Origin: Octopus sinensis
Lineage: Eukaryota
Assembly (NCBI RefSeq): GCF_006345805.1
Contig: NC_042997.1
Location: forward strand, 91,140,001-91,204,000
Length of the DNA: 64,000 bases
Direction of reading: 5' to 3'
The notes beneath the pieces were generated by a model. It worked only from the letters and a program-made list of their open reading frames with translations. It ran no database searches and was not told where the DNA came from. Every line of letters begins with the position of its first letter. The first letter of the stretch is position 1. The translations under genes and the position numbers were made by a program. Positions 58,713 to 64,000 of this stretch are shown piece by piece.

Positions 58713-61700
58713 CTAGAAAAATAAAAGAAAAAAAAACATTTGAGAAAGTTCATTTAATAGCTACTGAAGTTACAAAAATGATTAAATAGGTTTGTTAAAA
58801 GTACATATTTTCAATATTTGAACGATATCATGTAACTACTTGATGTGATAAACTGACAGAAGTTATTCAACAGTGGGGCAATTCAACCATTTTACTATTA
58901 GACTGGTGGAAGAAACATCAACCAAGGATTATTTCTTCACTATAATGAAGAAGCAAACAAACAATTTTGAAACAAAAATAATATTCTTCAAATGGTAGTA
59001 CTTGTTACCATATGACTTGTATGATAGCAAAGCTCTAATTAACCATCCTGCACATATTATATAGATATGAAATTTCAACATTTTGCAAGCCATAGCTCAC
59101 TGAAAAATGCACATGTGTTACAACATAACACCAGTTTTTTTAAGACAGTTTTATATAAAAAATATTAAAATCATTTAAAAACAAAAATGGGTGTAAATCA
59201 CTGCAAAAAAAAATACACATGCACCAGTACAATACTTTAAAAAATAATGTACAGCTTTCATTGATATAAATTTTCATTTCACTCACAAACTGAACAGAAT
59301 TAAAATTAAAAATGGGTATGAAAACTTTTTTTAAATGTCTAAATACTTATAATATTAGTGGAAAGCTTATGACTGTTGATGTCTCATAACTGAGGTTGGA
59401 TGGTTGAAAAGCATATTCTCAAGTCCTCCAGGGTTTGAAATTGTGACCTATACCTGTTCTAAATAACAATCATGTTCATGGCAAAGAAAGCAGTATCACT
59501 AATATACAAAAAAAGAAAGAATGCATTAAGTGCTTTCATTGTGATGAAGGGGTATTTCTGCCAGAAAGACAACCAGAATGAGGTTGCTGAGTGCTGCAAA
59601 TTCAGTATTTGTTAGCTCATCTTCTGAAACTAAATTTTGCTGACTGGTATACATGTAACACTAATAGGGGCTCCAGTTGAAAATAAGGAGGCATTCTATA
59701 ATGATCTACAGAACTGTTTAAGCAAGTGGGGTGTGGTCACTGAAGTTTGTGGATGATGGAGTCATTGTAGCATTGCCCAATAACTGGTGTGAATTATCTG
59801 TTGTCTGTCCCTGACAAAGTGTTCTGCAGTGACCTGCTCACCCTCATGAAGCATGAGATTGAATAATTAGAGAGGAAAGTCATGCAATGAACAAAAACCA
59901 ACATTGTGTAACAATGGAGATCATGGTGGAATCAAGATGCAAGGTAATTAACCAATCTCATCAGAAGTTAATGATTATGGAATGAGGGTTTCTGTGGGGA
60001 AAGCAATGTGTAAAAACAATTAGATTTTTTGCTTAGCCAGTGCAAACAAATCCTTAAGTTTCCCCATTTGAGAATGGACACTGAGTATGCAGATACTAAT
60101 TCAGGCTTTCGATAACATGAGAACAGTAATAATTTAGAACTGAAAATATAAACTACTTCAATAAACAAAGTATCTAGAATAAAAGTTGTTTCAAGATGTC
60201 TAATACAAACCTACTGAAAGCCAGGAGCTGAGCCATTTCAATTACTTAGTTGATTCATTCAACTGAACAAAGGTAGAGAGGACCAATTCGTTAAATGCTA
60301 AAAGCTGTCATTTGTGGCAAAACATCTTGAGATACATTTAATGCATTAGCTAATAGATTATCTGAGACAGGAATGGTAAAAAAACTTTTTTCATATTCTC
60401 TGAAAGTCAGAATATTTATAATTTTATAACTTAATGATATTTTGATAGACTAAGTAATTGTATTATTCCGTAATTCAGTTTATGGAACTACACAAACAGA
60501 AATTGTAAAGTATAAAATTTCAGGATATAAACTTGTAATTCTGCCCTATGGAACCTTTGGTAAATTTTAATTTTGAAATCTAAAATATAACCTCCTTAGT
60601 ACCTATGTGTTCCATCTTTTGTCCCATCCCCATCTAACATTTTCATTGATCTTAACGTACATCTATCTGCACTCTCTTCACCACCCCCTCATCTTGATTG
60701 TGTGTAATAATTCAATGATTTTGGGCTTGTCTCTACTTCTTATCAAACAACAGTTCTTCCCATCTCACTCTACTGCTTTCATTTTCCTATTTTTGAATCC
60801 AAAGTAACATAATTACCTTTTGCTAACACAGAAGAACATCACTTTCTTTGGGTTCTACTGTTTTACTATTCGATGTGGATTTCTTGCCTATCACAGTTAC
60901 TGTTGGATTTAACTACTAACACAGAAGGTATGGTGCATTACCTTTATAAGATGAGTGAAAAGAAATCAAATGAATGTGAAGGCAATAGTGTATAAAGAAG
61001 TTTTAAAGAGATTACAATGTAAATCCATCATCTAGCTTTCCTAAAACTTTATTTTACACACACACACACACACACACAAAAAAAGATGCAAAGGAAAACC
61101 CCATCAGCCATATTGCAACACCACCCCCCAAAAACCTAAAACTACAGTGGGATTACATATATAACACCAAAGACAAAATTGGGTTGAGCACTAAAGCACC
61201 CACTCTTAAATACCTGGTCATGGTTCTGAAGTGATACTTAAAATGGAAAAGTTCAAGTGTGTGGATTCATGATCAAACTGATTATTACTAAAAATTTGAC
61301 AATTTGCAGTAAATGGAAGGTGCAATTTCTGATGCAAGACCTTTTCTTTTTTAGTAAAGGCTAGTTTGAAAAATCTAAGAGGCACCTTAATTGGTTCAAC
61401 ATTAAAATGACAGAGGAAGCTGATAATTGGGCAAATTTCAGGCTGCTATTAATTATGATAAGTGAAGAAAAATTAGCAATAGACTTTACAGCTTCCAAAA
61501 ACCCAATAATGAAAGGAGAAATATTGCTAGTGATTTTCAAAATCTGAAGGCTTTCAAGGGCTGTGTTAAGCTTAATCTATTATTCAGTGTTCAAGTAAGA
61601 CTTGGATGACAACCAGCTTTTTCCAAGATTGGTTTACAAACATTTTTTTGTTTCCTTGCAGAAAGCCACCTAATAAACTAAAATGACCTTTCTGATTATG

Positions 61701-63357
61701 TAAGATTACATAATCTTAAAAACAAATTTTATTTGCTCCAGCTAATGAAGGATAACTAATTTTAAAGTAACTTATAAATGACGGAGGTCAAGTTGTTTGG
61801 CTAAACTCTTCAAGGTAGTACTCCAGCATGACAACAGTCCAATGAATGAAACAAAAGATGGAAGATAAAATTACAGAAGCATTCAACTATGGTGTTTTTG
61901 ACCAGAAGGTACCCATGATTTTACAGGTTTTCCACCAATAGAGACTACACTTATGATGCAGGCAAAATGATGTAAGATTTGAAGTTATTGAAGACATCAA
62001 TGAGTTGCTAGGATCCCACAGAGCAAGTTTTGTCTGATGAGGGACTGATGTTAGAACATAGAAACTCCATCAATGCCATTTCAGTTTGCTGTAAAGAATA
62101 TGATTAAAAGGTTGGCCTAACACAGCAGTATCATTTCCAGTGACTATGTGCCATACTACAATATTATTGTATTATTTATTTCTAACATTTCTTTCTCTAA
62201 ATGTTTTTTAAATGTACATACTGTAGAGCAAGTTTAAAACTTGTTATTTTCATATATAATAGTGGTTGCTTTTTCTTTTGGAATGCATCTCAATTTACAA
62301 TATGAAAATCAATGATAAAATAGGTTTGCATTATGGAATTCTTCACAGTCAGATTTTCAGGACCATATGGGATGCCTGTATGTTAAAACTATATTATTAA
62401 GGCAATAATGGGCTGGTAGAGCCATTAACATGCCAGACAAAATGCTTAGTGGCATTTTTTCTAGCTTTATGCTCCGAGTTCAAATTCCACTGCAGTTGGC
62501 TTTGTCTTTTGTCCTTTCAGGGTTGCTGTAATTAGCTTCCCATTTCCCTTAAAGTTGCTGGCCATGTGCTAAATTTAAAGAGAATTAGCATTATTCATTG
62601 CTATAGTTAGATATGTGTCTCAATGTTAGTCATTAGTAACAATGTTTCAGCTGTTATACTCTGACATTCAGATGCCTGTTGAACACAGTAAGATTCTCAA
62701 AATTTTGAACTGAACTTTGTTCAAGCCATTGAGATAGATTGCTCCCATTCAGAGATATTCTTGTATTAGTTATCCTATACTGTACATAAAATTCATTGTC
62801 ATTGTTTTGTAGGACAATTAGGAAACAAAAATTTGCAACTTTAAACCCTTTTCCTTTTTGAAAACCTGTTAAAGGCTCCCATATAGTTATTATGATATCT
62901 TTATGATGAAGTCATTGGAGCCCAATATATATGCTAATCCTTTCAATTGTCTTCCGGCATTTTATATCACTGACTGTTCCATAAAAGCTGGTGACTGCTT
63001 TTTGCCTCCACAAATGCTCAGTTATGTCTGATTTTTTTGTTTGCCCATAGACAGACATGATGTTCCTCTAGTATTATTTTTAGTGGGAGGTAGTGGCTGC
63101 CCTTATCTTTATATTGTGTCACAGTTGCAAGTGATGACATGTACACAGTTCTTACTCCTCTTTTCTGACAGAGGCATTATTTGGGAGAGATGTCATTGAT
63201 AGTTGTATCAAATTATGGACCCCCCACTCCACATGCCCAGAAAACAAACCAGTAACAATTTGTCTTAGAGGCATATCAAGAATATCCTGAAGATCAGTGG
63301 CACAGACATCATCGGGAGGGTATTTCTATTATAGTCTGGCTGAACAAAGCCTTAGAA

Positions 63358-63501
63358 CAGGACTGGGCAACCTTTTTGAGAGTGCATGCCAAAACTGGCA
63401 AAATCTGACAAAATTCCACATGCCAACCAATTTTCTTTTAGAACATATCAGGGTACTTGATATCTCTTAAGAAAGTGTATGTCAAGAACTTTTTTAATAA
63501 A

Positions 63502-63533
<32 letters not shown>

Positions 63534-64000
63534 TCACCATAGAGTAATAAAACAATATATAATGATGGATAATGTATTTATTCACCTTCAAAGTTATATC
63601 TAAACAACAATGAACCTTTGCCACTTTCAAAAGAAAACATTGGTCAGATGAAATATCAGTTTGACAAAACTTGATGACTCCTTTCGATATACATGTATAT
63701 TCAGTATTATTAGTGGGAATTCTGCCTCTGTATCATTGATGACTGATTTTGTATTGGGTTTATATTTCGTAACCTTCAGAGATATGCATGTATTCCTAGT
63801 TTCATCTGTCAGGTTACTCCTATTACAAAACTTAAAGTTCACCACCGAGAACAAGGATTCACAGACATAGGTTGATGAAAACATGGATATTAGTGCTGTT
63901 ACAAAGTTCTTTAAACTGGAAAAATTTTCTGGAATGGCATTCCAAATCCTTAATAATTCGTTTTCTTCACTCCTCTCTGGTACTCCCGTCTCTAATTGCC
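63358..64000 (-). mobile_element. hAT transposon (GTF2IRD2/SPIN/Charlie-like) 3' end with dimerisation-domain relic
   Basis: Terminal CAGGACTGGGCAACCT at 63358; minus-strand MFSSTYVCESLFS..NRSNLTDE matches FGSTY.CE..FS...RSRLTD. Confidence 0.8.

Noticed and set aside
60805-60842. Possible UBE2L3 exon 1 (ATG TTC TTC TGT GTT AGC AAA AG|GTAATT)
   Set aside because: 23 nt, phase 2, incompatible with the phase-0 exon 2, and unlike MAASRRL.K.

Overview
AT-rich eukaryotic genomic DNA, very probably an octopus (inferred from the SINE families; not confirmed). It holds three spliced housekeeping genes. (1) DERL2 (Derlin-2), minus strand: only coding exon 1 (7487-7579) was found, and the rest probably lies left of the window. 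(2) A complete SUDS3/SDS3 (Sin3-HDAC subunit), plus strand: 9 coding exons from 20704 to 45055, 311 aa, including a minor-spliceosome AT-AC (U12-type) intron at 38536-38671. (3) UBE2L3 (UbcH7-type E2), minus strand: exons 2-4 (58617-58712, 52858-53044, 51446-51600), with exon 1 presumably right of the window. Introns and intergenic DNA are packed with decayed and nested transposons: Tigger split by a piggyBac-type MITE, hAT relics and a hAT MITE, a Merlin-like MITE, Helitrons (one deleted autonomous relic, four non-autonomous copies including a head-to-tail dimer), Tx1/L1, RTE, CRE and Penelope fragments, tRNA-derived SINEs and microsatellites. Nearly all ORFs in the supplied track are noise. 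The best leads are the AT-AC intron, a possible MITE-derived 24-nt in-frame microexon in SUDS3, an unusually divergent UBE2L3 exon 2, foldback elements with hammerhead-like relics, and a young GC-rich composite repeat bracketed by inverted SINEs. No clearly new biological system is demonstrated by sequence alone. All alignments and identities were judged by eye.
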